The position numbers and the translations under genes are program-made. Source: a virus. From it: a stretch of DNA of 64,000 bases. The notes beneath the pieces are model-generated. The model saw only the letters and a list, made by a program, of their open reading frames with translations. It ran no database searches and was not told the DNA's origin. This document shows positions 46,299 through 54,880 of the stretch, piece by piece; the stretch's first letter is position 1, and the number at the start of each line of letters is the position of its first letter. The DNA lies in IMG/VR virus record IMGVR_UViG_3300045988_133735. One strand, given 5' to 3'.

Positions 46299-46556
46299 TT
46301 ATTTATTGTTACCGTGATTCCATTGACCGTCTGAACCTAATTTTGGACTTGAATCATTCCCCAAATTTGAGTTTAAACAAGTGATTTTATCGGATTGAAG
46401 CTGTTTGAGTTCTTTCGGCGTAAATCGAACTTTGATAAATGTTCCATTCTTTTTCGCAATTCCTTGTCGTTTGTTACATAAATGCTTATAACATAATCCA
46501 TCTTGAAAAACTGGGTTGTTACATTTAGGTCTATAACAAGTTAATTTCGGTTTCAT
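46299..46556 (-). CDS. Cys-rich small protein (85 aa) on the opposite strand
   Basis: AAGAGGTGA lies upstream of ATG 46556. N-terminal CxxxxCN..C...HLC. It is an AT-rich insert within the plus-strand region. Confidence 0.5.
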   Translation of the reverse strand: MKPKLTCYRPKCNNPVFQDGLCYKHLCNKRQGIAKKNGTFIKVRFTPKELKQLQSDKITCLNSNLGNDSSPKLGSDGQWNHGNNK

Positions 46557-46616
46557 AGTATCACCTCTTAGCTAGATTATAGTTTAAATTTTTAATAAAA
46601 TCAATTGGTCAACCCC

Positions 46617-46654
46617 AACGTCATTCGATTAAATTCGGTTGACGTTTTCTTTTT
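46617..46654 (+). terminator. Rho-independent terminator (plus strand)
   Basis: AACGTCA-(16-nt loop with inner CGA/TCG pairing)-TGACGTT followed by TTCTTTTT. Confidence 0.5.
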
Positions 46655-46687
46655 ACCTCTTTTCTCTGCTCCAAAAGGAGCGATACT

Positions 46688-46768
46688 GGGCGATTCACGG
46701 TACCAGGGCAGACGAAACCGTGGCCAATGCGAAAGCATCATACACACACACGAAAGGACAAAAAAATG
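46688..46768 (+). promoter_or_regulatory. Conserved 5'-leader RNA motif, copy A
   Basis: GGGCGATTCACGGTACCAGGGCAGACGAAACCGTGGCCA ... ACACACA ... AAAAAATGAAA. See copy B at 51158-51225. Confidence 0.5.
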
Positions 46769-47092
46769 AAAATTATTAACTGCACACCCCACGCTATTTC
46801 TTTCGTCGCCGACAACGGTGATGTCATTCGCACAATTCCTGCAAGCGGAATCCTGCCTCGTGTGGCTACCTCTTACACGGTAGCGGTCACTGTTGACGGT
46901 ATCCCTGATGAAATCACTGTGTATGGTGATGTCGAAGGACTTCCAGCAGAAGAGCCCGAAACAATTCTGGTCGTGTCTGCCCTCGTGGCAAATGCGTGCA
47001 AGAACCGCAAGGATCTTCGCATTCCCGGGCGACAAGTTCGTGATGAAGCTGGCCATGTTATTGGATGCAAGAGCCTGAGCCGTCCTTGCTAA
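46766..47092 (+). CDS. Hypothetical protein (108 aa)
   Basis: ATG 46766 with GAAAGGA 8 nt upstream. Confidence 0.55.
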   Translation: MKIINCTPHAISFVADNGDVIRTIPASGILPRVATSYTVAVTVDGIPDEITVYGDVEGLPAEEPETILVVSALVANACKNRKDLRIPGRQVRDEAGHVIGCKSLSRPC

Positions 47093-47107
47093 AAAGAGGT
47101 GTAAGCC

Positions 47108-47242
47108 ATGGCAATCATTGCAATCGAATCCGCCCTCGATGTCGCAATTATGTTTGGCGACAAAGAACTAGCGGAAATCTACACCGAAGCCTTAGAAGAG
47201 GCGGGCGTCCACTACGAAAGCCATGCCAAGTGTTGGGCATGA
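47108..47242 (+). CDS. Small protein (44 aa), tentative
   Basis: AAGAGGTG lies 7 nt upstream. Below the ORF-track length cut-off. Confidence 0.4.
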   Translation: MAIIAIESALDVAIMFGDKELAEIYTEALEEAGVHYESHAKCWA

Positions 47243-47275
47243 CGAAAGAAGCGAAAATATTATTATAGCCTTAAC

Positions 47276-47304
47276 TATGATTGTAGTGTGGGCTGTGGTA
47301 TAAT
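47276..47304 (+). promoter_or_regulatory. Extended -10 promoter candidate
   Basis: TGG-TATAAT (47296-47304) with a weak -35, TATGAT. Confidence 0.4.
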
Positions 47305-47342
47305 AAGGGAAGAAAACCCTTAAAGAAAGGAGAAGAAACATC

Positions 47343-47705
47343 ATGGATGCAAGAATGATTAGTTTTTGGGGTTGCGAAACTAACCCATGCGCAAACCCTG
47401 ATACGGCAAATAACGGAGGGGGATACTCTCAACCGTCCGGTGGAATCCTTGTTGCTCTCGAAAACGGTGAATATCTTATCGTCACCGTGGATGATATGTC
47501 TTGCGGCGATTTTGGCAGCAGAATCGGTTGGACTATCGACAGTTCAGACAGTCGCAGATGGGGCGGCTGTTATGGCACCATGAACGATGCTATGGTGGAT
47601 AACGAATGGACGGAAGAGTCTCTGGATTCCGTGTCTGGTGTGTACGGGATTGATGCCCGTGCAATGTTGTCGGATGCAATTTTGGCTGTGCATATTGCCG
47701 CATAA
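47343..47705 (+). CDS. Hypothetical protein (120 aa)
   Basis: AAAGGAGAAG upstream. Confidence 0.55.
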   Translation: MDARMISFWGCETNPCANPDTANNGGGYSQPSGGILVALENGEYLIVTVDDMSCGDFGSRIGWTIDSSDSRRWGGCYGTMNDAMVDNEWTEESLDSVSGVYGIDARAMLSDAILAVHIAA

Positions 47706-47786
47706 CGATAACGGAATGTTTCCGTCAAGAAGAGTCTTGTAAGTTAATTCTTGCAAGGCTCTTTTTTATTTGAAAGGAGCATTATT

Positions 47787-47903
47787 ATGGATTACTTTAG
47801 CAGTCAGACCATTTTCTTTTGTGGTATCGTTGTTGGTATTGGATTTGCCGTATCGATTCAGCTCGCAATCAAAGAGCTGTTCCACCAGCGGCGTCCCCAC
47901 TAA
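47787..47903 (+). CDS. Small membrane peptide (38 aa), tentative
   Basis: GAAAGGAG lies 8 nt upstream. One hydrophobic helix and a basic C-terminus. Confidence 0.4.
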   Translation: MDYFSSQTIFFCGIVVGIGFAVSIQLAIKELFHQRRPH

Positions 47904-47943
47904 CAGCGTCTCACCAGTGCACACAGAAAGGAAGCGTATCATC

Positions 47944-48498
47944 ATGAAAGCAATTCGGAAATCCCTCCAAGGCGTAGCAGTCGTTATCGCAAGTATTTTT
48001 GCAGCGGCTACCGTATTTGCAATCCCTGTTAATGCAGCAGAACCCTCAACCTACATCCAGTCTGGCACGATCTGGAGTGAAAGCGCCGGCGAGTACCAAG
48101 TACTCGATGATGCTGGCGAGTTGTGGGGCTTTACCGCTGGCGTTTATGACTATGTCGTTGGACAATACGTCGAGATGACTATGTCAGACGCGGGGACCCC
48201 AGATAACATCTACGACGACACTCTCATTGCCGTGTCTTCTGTATGGCGCGACTATGAAAGCGACATCGTTGGCCCCTTTGGCTACTACGTCGTTGATGGA
48301 TGGATTGCAACCGATAACACAAGCTGCCTCAGCTGCTGGGTGAGGGATTCTTACGGATCTTTATGGTTCTGGAATGCCTATTGCCCCAAGCAGAAGGGCG
48401 AGCACGTTGTTCTCATTATGAACAGCAATGGCACACCCGATCAATTCTCAGATGATTCTATCGAGGACATCTTGTGGAGCGAAGACGAGGTAGACTGA
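47944..48498 (+). CDS. Secreted protein (184 aa) with signal peptide
   Basis: MKAIRKSLQGVAVVIASIFAAATVFAIPVNA-AEP.. GAAAGGAAG lies upstream of ATG 47944. Confidence 0.55.
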   Translation: MKAIRKSLQGVAVVIASIFAAATVFAIPVNAAEPSTYIQSGTIWSESAGEYQVLDDAGELWGFTAGVYDYVVGQYVEMTMSDAGTPDNIYDDTLIAVSSVWRDYESDIVGPFGYYVVDGWIATDNTSCLSCWVRDSYGSLWFWNAYCPKQKGEHVVLIMNSNGTPDQFSDDSIEDILWSEDEVD

Positions 48499-48499
48499 A

Positions 48500-48628
48500 A
48501 TGGATTCTATGAAATTTGATATGCTATCTATTGCGGCCGCTCTGTATGAAGGCGGCTGGCGTTCCACTATTGATGACTACGAACGACTTGTAAGAGACTA
48601 TCGCATGTCCCAGAAAGAAGAGAGGTAA
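48500..48628 (+). CDS. Small protein (42 aa), tentative
   Basis: The ATG starts 2 nt after the upstream stop, with GAGG upstream. Confidence 0.35.
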   Translation: MDSMKFDMLSIAAALYEGGWRSTIDDYERLVRDYRMSQKEER

Positions 48629-48634
48629 TCTATT

Positions 48635-49129
48635 ATGAATCAATTGAAAGTACTTCAGTATGCACAGGCAGCCGCTATGGACAAGTGGTGGCTTTATGAT
48701 GGGCTTGCCGACAAGTTCACTGGCGAAAAGGCTGGCGAGATGGCACGTGAAATGGCGAACAAAGTCATGAATGACGTCAAAGAAATCGGCGTCATGATTG
48801 ATGCAGAAGAAAAGCGTCTCCGTGCCGAGGCTGAAAAACAGCGCAAGCAGGAGCAGGCCACAAGAGCGCCGCAGGCACAGCAGGAGAAAGCGCCGCAGCA
48901 GCAGGAGCGTCCCACTGCCGGACGTATTGTGGATGATGGCACGAAATGGACTGTTGCTATCCGATATAAGGATGGGAGCGAAACCGTTTCCCGATTCTCT
49001 CATGAGGACATCGCCCGCAAGGCATACGAAACAATCCGGATGTTGGATAGGGGGATTGCCAAATCGAATCTTTCCCGTATGACCTTGACCCACAAGAACA
49101 GCGTCGTGAAAGCATACGAAAGAGATTGA
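48635..49129 (+). CDS. Hypothetical protein (164 aa) with a Gln/Ala/Lys-rich linker
   Basis: AGAGAGG upstream. Confidence 0.55.
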   Translation: MNQLKVLQYAQAAAMDKWWLYDGLADKFTGEKAGEMAREMANKVMNDVKEIGVMIDAEEKRLRAEAEKQRKQEQATRAPQAQQEKAPQQQERPTAGRIVDDGTKWTVAIRYKDGSETVSRFSHEDIARKAYETIRMLDRGIAKSNLSRMTLTHKNSVVKAYERD

Positions 49130-49153
49130 CATGATGGAAAGGAGCACAACCGT

Positions 49154-49555
49154 ATGATCGTCAGTGAAATCTACGAAACCATGGCGGGCGACCTTTATGG
49201 CGTGGTTCTGAATGAGGATATCAAAATCATTCGGGTTGTCAAAATCAATGACCGCGAACTTACCCCTGACTTTTTCCGGCGAGCAAGAATGGGATTCCTT
49301 ACTGAGCATTCGTATGATCGGTTGCCCAAGGAAAAGATGTGGCGGTGTATTGAATCAAACTGCCGTCTGGTAGCAACCATTACAAACTGCCACGGATTTA
49401 TCGTTCATGCAGACCACGATATGACCCGCAGCAGCCGTAAGATGTTCGGTAAGAGAGCTCGAATGAATTACGATCGCAGATACAACGGAGGCGATTATGG
49501 TGGAACAATTCACAGTCAAGCCAACTACTGCCGCAAAGCAAACCAGTTCGCCTAA
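49154..49555 (+). CDS. Hypothetical protein (133 aa)
   Basis: GAAAGGAG upstream. Confidence 0.55.
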   Translation: MIVSEIYETMAGDLYGVVLNEDIKIIRVVKINDRELTPDFFRRARMGFLTEHSYDRLPKEKMWRCIESNCRLVATITNCHGFIVHADHDMTRSSRKMFGKRARMNYDRRYNGGDYGGTIHSQANYCRKANQFA

Positions 49556-49757
49556 AGCAATCGCAGTGTGTCCTATCTCGAATTTCGGCGGTTATGAAAT
49601 CTATGAATGTGACGATGAGCGCGTTCATGTAGGTATCAACAACGGCGATACAATCGAGGACTATGGGACACGCCAAGTCAAATATACGTCAAGCGGGCGT
49701 ACGTACTTCAATCTGGGCGGGCAGCGTCACTATCTTGATGATTTCATCAGAGTTTAA
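49497..49757 (+). CDS. Hypothetical protein (86 aa)
   Basis: GGAGG lies 6 nt upstream. 59-nt overlap with the previous ORF. Confidence 0.45.
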   Translation: MVEQFTVKPTTAAKQTSSPKAIAVCPISNFGGYEIYECDDERVHVGINNGDTIEDYGTRQVKYTSSGRTYFNLGGQRHYLDDFIRV

Positions 49758-49769
49758 GGAGAATAGAAA

Positions 49770-50048
49770 ATGCTTGAATGGCAAGAGCTTTGTAGCCACG
49801 CCATCTGGGTCACAGTTGGAATCTTTGTTGTTCCATATGCTGGGCTTCAGATTTGTCGGGGGTTTTATTACCTAGATGAGTTCCCGCGATTCAATCGAGT
49901 CTGTCGGGGGTTGTATCGTGCAGTGAAAAATCTAGTGGATGGCATCGTAGCCGTCTATCAGGATTGTCCGTGTGAATTCGTTCTGTATACCACAGCGGCG
50001 ATTGTAATCATTGCTGTTGCGATAAATAAAGCGGCGGCACTCATTTAA
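49770..50048 (+). CDS. Small membrane protein (92 aa)
   Basis: AAGGAG upstream. Two hydrophobic helices. Confidence 0.5.
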   Translation: MLEWQELCSHAIWVTVGIFVVPYAGLQICRGFYYLDEFPRFNRVCRGLYRAVKNLVDGIVAVYQDCPCEFVLYTTAAIVIIAVAINKAAALI

Positions 50049-50092
50049 GAGTACGCCACTACTACACACATCAAAAGAGAGAGGTAAGAAAA

Positions 50093-50512
50093 ATGTTGTT
50101 TTATCGTACTAAGCGTGAGGCCAACAACAAACCCATGTATCGCGGCAAGGGCAAGCGCAAGGATGAGGAAATTTGGAGTATCTACATCGCAGACGAACTG
50201 TTCACCGAGGCCGAAGTCAAGCGGTTGAATCTGAATCTGGCTTACCTCGAACAGGTTGAAATCTCCCGGCGGCAGACACACCATCAGGGCTGTTATCGTG
50301 TGGCGAATTTTGACGCCAACATTACGGCTGTGAAACCGGTAAAGCAGGCTCCGGTCAAGATTCTTCCTAAGCAGGCCGAGATTGAAGTTGTCAAGCGTCT
50401 GAATGACCGGCGCGTATATAAGAAGCATAAGTGCCTTTGCCCCGACAATCGGCCGACGACCAAATTCGTTCGATACCGTGTTGCAAATGATGCGGCGGTG
50501 GCAAACAAGTAA
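50093..50512 (+). CDS. Basic protein (139 aa), function unknown
   Basis: GAGAGAGG upstream. Confidence 0.5.
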   Translation: MLFYRTKREANNKPMYRGKGKRKDEEIWSIYIADELFTEAEVKRLNLNLAYLEQVEISRRQTHHQGCYRVANFDANITAVKPVKQAPVKILPKQAEIEVVKRLNDRRVYKKHKCLCPDNRPTTKFVRYRVANDAAVANK

Positions 50513-51157
50513 GAATTTCCAGCAATTTCCTACATACATAATGCGAGTCCAGATGATATTATAAACGAAGTTTTCGCAGAGGGAACTCCGGTAGTGTGAA
50601 AACGCACCGCCGGGGTTTAATGCGGCTACTGGTTCTGCAGAACTGGTACTGGTCCCAAGCCCAGAAATGCAATCGCAAGTGGGGCACATAGCGTCACGAT
50701 CGAAGCGGTAGCACAAACAGAAGGGCGCTCCACTGATCCTAATGAAATTGACACTGATTTGATGTGATGGCCACACAAATATAATCAGAAGACTAAAGTA
50801 GATTAGGCAGTTCCACATTAAGTGAGCGAAACTAAACGAAAGGAGGGTTTATAGCTTGAATTGTAAAATCAGTTACCGCTCGCTAGGAGTGGTCTTTGGT
50901 GCAAGGGTCGCGTCTTACTCCAATGAGAAAATTTTCATGGGATGGCGATACAAACTGTTTTGACGTTTAACTGAAATTTCCAAATTAAATAGAATTGACG
51001 TTGCAAGTGCTCGTTGCATCCGAGCATAAGTTCGCATCATACATACGAGTTTAGCGGTAGTCGCAAATAGGCGTAATCGACCTATAAGGTTCGCTATAAT
51101 GCGGGGCTGGGTGATTCCCGAACGGACAAGTTAAACGTATGTTAAGGATAAGAAACC

Positions 51158-51225
51158 GGGCGACTGGTGGTACCGGGGCAGACGTAACCACATCCACTAC
51201 TTGCGTAGCAAACACACAAAAAATG
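51158..51225 (+). promoter_or_regulatory. Conserved 5'-leader RNA motif, copy B
   Basis: GGGCGACTGGTGGTACCGGGGCAGACGTAACCACATCCA ... ACACACAAAAAATGAAA. About 29 of 39 core positions are identical to copy A, and the differences fall in paired positions. Confidence 0.5.
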
Positions 51226-51240
51226 AAAGGATACACAATT

Positions 51241-51468
51241 ATGGACATCACAAAACTGATTGAATCTCTTCCGTTAGAAATCAAAGACTACGTCATCGAC
51301 TGGCAGGATATCCAGATGGGTGAGCAGCATGGAATGTGCGTGATGCTTGACTGTATCTTGTCGCCGGGTCAGAAAGCGCTCCTACAAGGCAACAGGCATA
51401 TCATGGGATTGGAATGTGTTGCTCAGTACGCCCCTGAAATCAAGCATTCTTACTTCTACATGGTATGA
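51241..51468 (+). CDS. Hypothetical protein (75 aa; alternative start 51223)
   Basis: AAAGGA lies 9 nt upstream of ATG 51241. An in-frame ATG at 51223 lies inside the leader motif. Confidence 0.5.
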   Translation: MDITKLIESLPLEIKDYVIDWQDIQMGEQHGMCVMLDCILSPGQKALLQGNRHIMGLECVAQYAPEIKHSYFYMV

Positions 51469-51526
51469 GCGCTGCTATGTATAATCCGCAAAGAACGCAG
51501 CGGGTAAAAAGGAGGAAGTTGTAACA

Positions 51527-51787
51527 ATGATGGTGTATATTTTTGATAATTCTTATTCCAGGCGAGCCGAAGGTCAGCCGTGGGTGATGTTTAATCATTA
51601 CAATGGGGATGTTTATGGCAGTCGTGAGCGTGCTATGAAAAAGTTGGCCGAAATGGCAAAATCGGTGAGTGCAGACCCAGAGTGTTATGACGTTGAATTT
51701 GATGGCAATCTTCGTTATCGTTGGAAAAACTGGAGCGGTGATGAGTTCGAACGCTATATTCAGATCGAATCAAGAGAAGTGAAGTGA
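51527..51787 (+). CDS. Hypothetical protein (86 aa), paralogue of 52010-52291
   Basis: AAGGAGGAAG upstream. Confidence 0.55.
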   Translation: MMVYIFDNSYSRRAEGQPWVMFNHYNGDVYGSRERAMKKLAEMAKSVSADPECYDVEFDGNLRYRWKNWSGDEFERYIQIESREVK

Positions 51788-51993
51788 GGGCCTGCAGCAT
51801 GGATGATTATGCAGACGCTAGCTATCAGCTCCAGCATTACAAGATTACATTTCATGGGGAACTTGAAGGTAATTGGCTGAACTTTAAAACATATCACCGT
51901 GCATTCGCCAGCTACGATTGTGCACGAAAGTGGGCGGCTAATGTGTTATATCGAAATCGCAAATATCGCGGCGTTAAGATTGAAATGGAATGA
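51784..51993 (+). CDS. Hypothetical protein (about 64-69 aa)
   Basis: GTG 51784 overlaps the upstream stop. ATG 51799 is an alternative start. Confidence 0.4.
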   Translation: MRACSMDDYADASYQLQHYKITFHGELEGNWLNFKTYHRAFASYDCARKWAANVLYRNRKYRGVKIEME

Positions 51994-52009
51994 AAGTGGC
52001 GTAACAACT

Positions 52010-52291
52010 ATGAATACCTCTGTATATATCGTTGAGAGTTCTTATTACAAGCATGACGATAAATTCTCTTGTAATGAATACACTCACAGCATTATGTCCG
52101 TACACAAGAATTTTGAGGACGCGCTTGATGTTCTTCGCGCTATTCATAAGAAAGCAACTCAGACTCCCGACGCTTTTGATATTAGGCTTGATGAAAAAGT
52201 ATATAGACCATATGTGATTTATCGTTGGTTGAACGAAGAAAACAAACAATACGATCGTCTTGTACAAATCATCACTCGTGACCTGACTTGA
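52010..52291 (+). CDS. Hypothetical protein (93 aa), paralogue of 51527-51787
   Basis: ATG 52010. Shares the VYI..SY......A...L......D......YRW......(Y/F)(D/E)R..QI..R pattern with 51527-51787. Confidence 0.45.
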   Translation: MNTSVYIVESSYYKHDDKFSCNEYTHSIMSVHKNFEDALDVLRAIHKKATQTPDAFDIRLDEKVYRPYVIYRWLNEENKQYDRLVQIITRDLT

Positions 52292-52306
52292 AAGGAGGCG
52301 CACGCC

Positions 52307-52621
52307 GTGATTATCAATATGACGGAACTTCCCATTATGAGCTGGTCGCCGGAACAGCTCGAAGCAGCTCGTAAGCTCTGTACGGATGGTATCATTCGTG
52401 GCTATGAGATGCCCACAATTCTTCCGAGTGATTCGTCTCTTCGGGTTCGTTTTATCGCATGGAATACCGCCGATGAAGTCAAAGCGTTAGATCCCGAAGC
52501 AATTATCATTCAGGGCGAACCTGTTTTCGTAGCCGCATTCATTGAGCGGTACGGTAGAAGAACAAAATGTTACTCGCCCTGCTATAAGGACGATAAGTTC
52601 GTGCAGTTCAGGAGGTTTTAA
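52307..52621 (+). CDS. Hypothetical protein (104 aa)
   Basis: GTG start with AAAGGAGG 8 nt upstream. Confidence 0.5.
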   Translation: MIINMTELPIMSWSPEQLEAARKLCTDGIIRGYEMPTILPSDSSLRVRFIAWNTADEVKALDPEAIIIQGEPVFVAAFIERYGRRTKCYSPCYKDDKFVQFRRF

Positions 52622-52646
52622 CGCTGTAGCGTGTAAGGAGTCCCTA

Positions 52647-52859
52647 ATGAAACCATTAAGAGATAATCCTATCGAAGAAGGAATAGATGCTTTCTTTGAA
52701 GAAAAACAAAGACTCGAAGAAGAAAAGCAAGAACTTGAAAATGAAATTCGAGAATACGAAGAGAAATATTTGGACCAATATTATGATCGGTTAGAGGAGG
52801 AAGAACGGGAATTCAACTTGGAGTTTGATCGGGAATTATGGGAGGATGAAGTATTATGA
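52647..52859 (+). CDS. Hyper-acidic coiled-coil protein (70 aa)
   Basis: TAAGGAG lies 6 nt upstream of ATG 52647. About 40 percent of residues are Glu/Asp. Confidence 0.55.
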   Translation: MKPLRDNPIEEGIDAFFEEKQRLEEEKQELENEIREYEEKYLDQYYDRLEEEEREFNLEFDRELWEDEVL

Positions 52860-53140
52860 GCACAGTAGATACATCGTCGCGTTGGAAGCTCGGTAAGGAT
52901 ATGATTTCCAGCGATACGATTCTTGATTCTGTTACGTTCGATGACTTGATTCTGGCTCTGAAATGCAACTGTGAGCACATCACGCCGGACGCAGTCATTG
53001 TTCAGGCAACAGAAATCATCAATCAGCGGCTGGAAGATGTCAAATATCTGATCGAAAACAACATTGACGAGATCATTGCGCTGGCATCGGATGAACCGCT
53101 TGAAGATGCTGGCCACGATGATATCACACTCGAAGAGTAG
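52856..53140 (+). CDS. Hypothetical acidic protein (94 aa)
   Basis: ATGA overlap. GGGAGGA upstream. Confidence 0.55.
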   Translation: MSTVDTSSRWKLGKDMISSDTILDSVTFDDLILALKCNCEHITPDAVIVQATEIINQRLEDVKYLIENNIDEIIALASDEPLEDAGHDDITLEE

Positions 53141-53149
53141 GAGTAAGAT

Positions 53150-53422
53150 ATGTTTGTCTTGACTGAAATTGTGGCCAATAATGTTTCTGCATACGTTGGC
53201 AATATCCATGTATCAAACAATGTGGAAGAGCTTCAGAAAATTATGAATGCCGATTTTGACCACGATTTGAAAGAAGCAAATGATCTTTGGATGGATTGCG
53301 GATCTAATCTCAATGATAAGCCGCTGTCTATTTGTCACACATATTCTGCAAGAATCAAAACGTTAAAAGAATTCAAAAGCTGGTCGATTATGAAAGTGCC
53401 AGGGGAGGCGGCGCAGCCGTGA
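53150..53422 (+). CDS. Hypothetical protein (90 aa)
   Basis: TAGGAG upstream. Confidence 0.55.
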   Translation: MFVLTEIVANNVSAYVGNIHVSNNVEELQKIMNADFDHDLKEANDLWMDCGSNLNDKPLSICHTYSARIKTLKEFKSWSIMKVPGEAAQP

Positions 53423-53706
53423 GAAACTTATCTAAACAGAACCGCAAAAAGATCTTTGATCTGATCAAACGTGATTGTACATTTGTTGGTTCTTACGATT
53501 TGGAACATTCTGAAGAAACTGTTTTGACCTATCTCCCGAAACCCGGCACACAGATTCACAAAGATGTTGAGGAAGTTCGTGTCGTAAAAAATCGTAAGAC
53601 CGGGAACTGGGTTGAATCCGTTGTTGACATTCGGTGGAAGCACGGCATGACTTTGGTGGAAGCCGAAATGATCGAGCGAAAATATCAATGCAAGTCTAAC
53701 AAGTAA
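53419..53706 (+). CDS. Hypothetical protein (95 aa)
   Basis: GTG 53419 overlaps the upstream TGA. GGGGAGG lies 10 nt upstream. Confidence 0.45.
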   Translation: MRNLSKQNRKKIFDLIKRDCTFVGSYDLEHSEETVLTYLPKPGTQIHKDVEEVRVVKNRKTGNWVESVVDIRWKHGMTLVEAEMIERKYQCKSNK

Positions 53707-53720
53707 GGAGGGACGCAGTT

Positions 53721-54089
53721 GTGACACTCGAACAGGCATGCGGCATCGTTTGCAATACTGTTGATAAGCGAACGGGCAGAGAACTCGATCATCGTGAAAT
53801 TTATGCTCGTTATATCGACTATCTGGGTGGTCTGGATAAGGTCAAACAGTACATTCCTATTTCACTGAAAGAGCTGCGGCGAGCCTACAAGAAGGACAAG
53901 CTGTTCAATAATACTGGTCTGGGTTTGTGGCAGAATGCAGCTGGTTATACTGCTGGCGACCCGGTATGTTTCTTTGGCGGGATTTGGATGCTGTATAAAC
54001 AAAACGATATCGATGTGGCGAGTTGTGCACAGGGCGTCTGCATCCTGAAAGAAGCGGCGAGAATGTTGATTGAAAGGGGTGAAGTATAA
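53721..54089 (+). CDS. Hypothetical protein (122 aa)
   Basis: GTG start with AAGGAGGG upstream. Confidence 0.5.
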   Translation: MTLEQACGIVCNTVDKRTGRELDHREIYARYIDYLGGLDKVKQYIPISLKELRRAYKKDKLFNNTGLGLWQNAAGYTAGDPVCFFGGIWMLYKQNDIDVASCAQGVCILKEAARMLIERGEV

Positions 54090-54367
54090 TGAAATCAATC
54101 GAAGTTACATATGACGTCGCTAAGTGGAATAGCGAAACAGGTCGCTGGGAAGACGGCGAGGCGGGTGCTCGACTGGACTTCCTCGATGACTATATCGTTG
54201 GTGAACTTCAAGCAACCCTGAGTGCAAAAGCAAAACAGAGGTACAAGCCAACTAGCTGGCATACGCTTCTCGATTTCCTGTCAAAGTTGGAAGAGCTTCG
54301 TGGGCGGAGTTTTTCGCCGGGCTCAATCAAAACGATCGAAGTGATTCCTGAAGGAGGTGACAACTGA
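54089..54367 (+). CDS. Hypothetical protein (92 aa)
   Basis: 1-nt overlap with the upstream stop. Confidence 0.5.
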   Translation: MKSIEVTYDVAKWNSETGRWEDGEAGARLDFLDDYIVGELQATLSAKAKQRYKPTSWHTLLDFLSKLEELRGRSFSPGSIKTIEVIPEGGDN

Positions 54368-54783
54368 TGAAAGTATCAATTGAAGAGAAGCGCGCCGAAG
54401 CCATCAAGCGGATGAAAGCGTTTGGATTCTTTCATGAAGCAATCGAACTGTTCGAGGCAGACGGTACGCCGCTTTCCAGTGAGCCGCCTTGGGGTGCATT
54501 TTACGCTCTGGACGATAAACAGAAAGCAGCTGTCCACGAATTTGAAGAAGAGTACGGCGGACTTGTTTACAGTGTGATCCGGTCATTCCATCAAGAGCTT
54601 GGCATCATTGATAACTTGCTTTATGTCAGTGATGAAAAAGATGAATGGCCGATGGATTTGGACGACATTGAAAATATGTGTCCTTGTGTCTATGCTGTCA
54701 ATTACAATACGCCAGAATTTTCCGAGTTTGGTTCAATCGGCGTGAAAATGGGTGCTGGAGCAGGGCTGATTCGCATTAGTTAA
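54367..54783 (+). CDS. Hypothetical protein (138 aa)
   Basis: 1-nt overlap. GAAGGAGG upstream. Confidence 0.55.
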   Translation: MKVSIEEKRAEAIKRMKAFGFFHEAIELFEADGTPLSSEPPWGAFYALDDKQKAAVHEFEEEYGGLVYSVIRSFHQELGIIDNLLYVSDEKDEWPMDLDDIENMCPCVYAVNYNTPEFSEFGSIGVKMGAGAGLIRIS

Positions 54784-54851
54784 ACTTCTTTAAGTGTTAC
54801 TTAATTCACCCCATACAGTTGTAAAATCTTCAAAAACCTGCGCTAACTCAC

Positions 54852-54880
54852 TTGACTATAACATCATACCGTTGTATAAT
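54852..54880 (+). promoter_or_regulatory. Perfect-consensus sigma70-type promoter
   Basis: TTGACT (54852-54857), 17-nt spacer, TATAAT (54875-54880). Confidence 0.7.

Noticed and set aside
48524-49309. A 261-aa minus-strand ORF. Similar long antisense ORFs lie at 50045-50818, 55089-55835, 61074-62009, 21805-22602, 22656-23252, 17615-18115, 13287-13880 and 14136-14804.
   Set aside because: All of them overlap better-supported genes on the other strand, or lie in compositionally skewed non-coding DNA. They lack ribosome-binding sites and have implausible composition.
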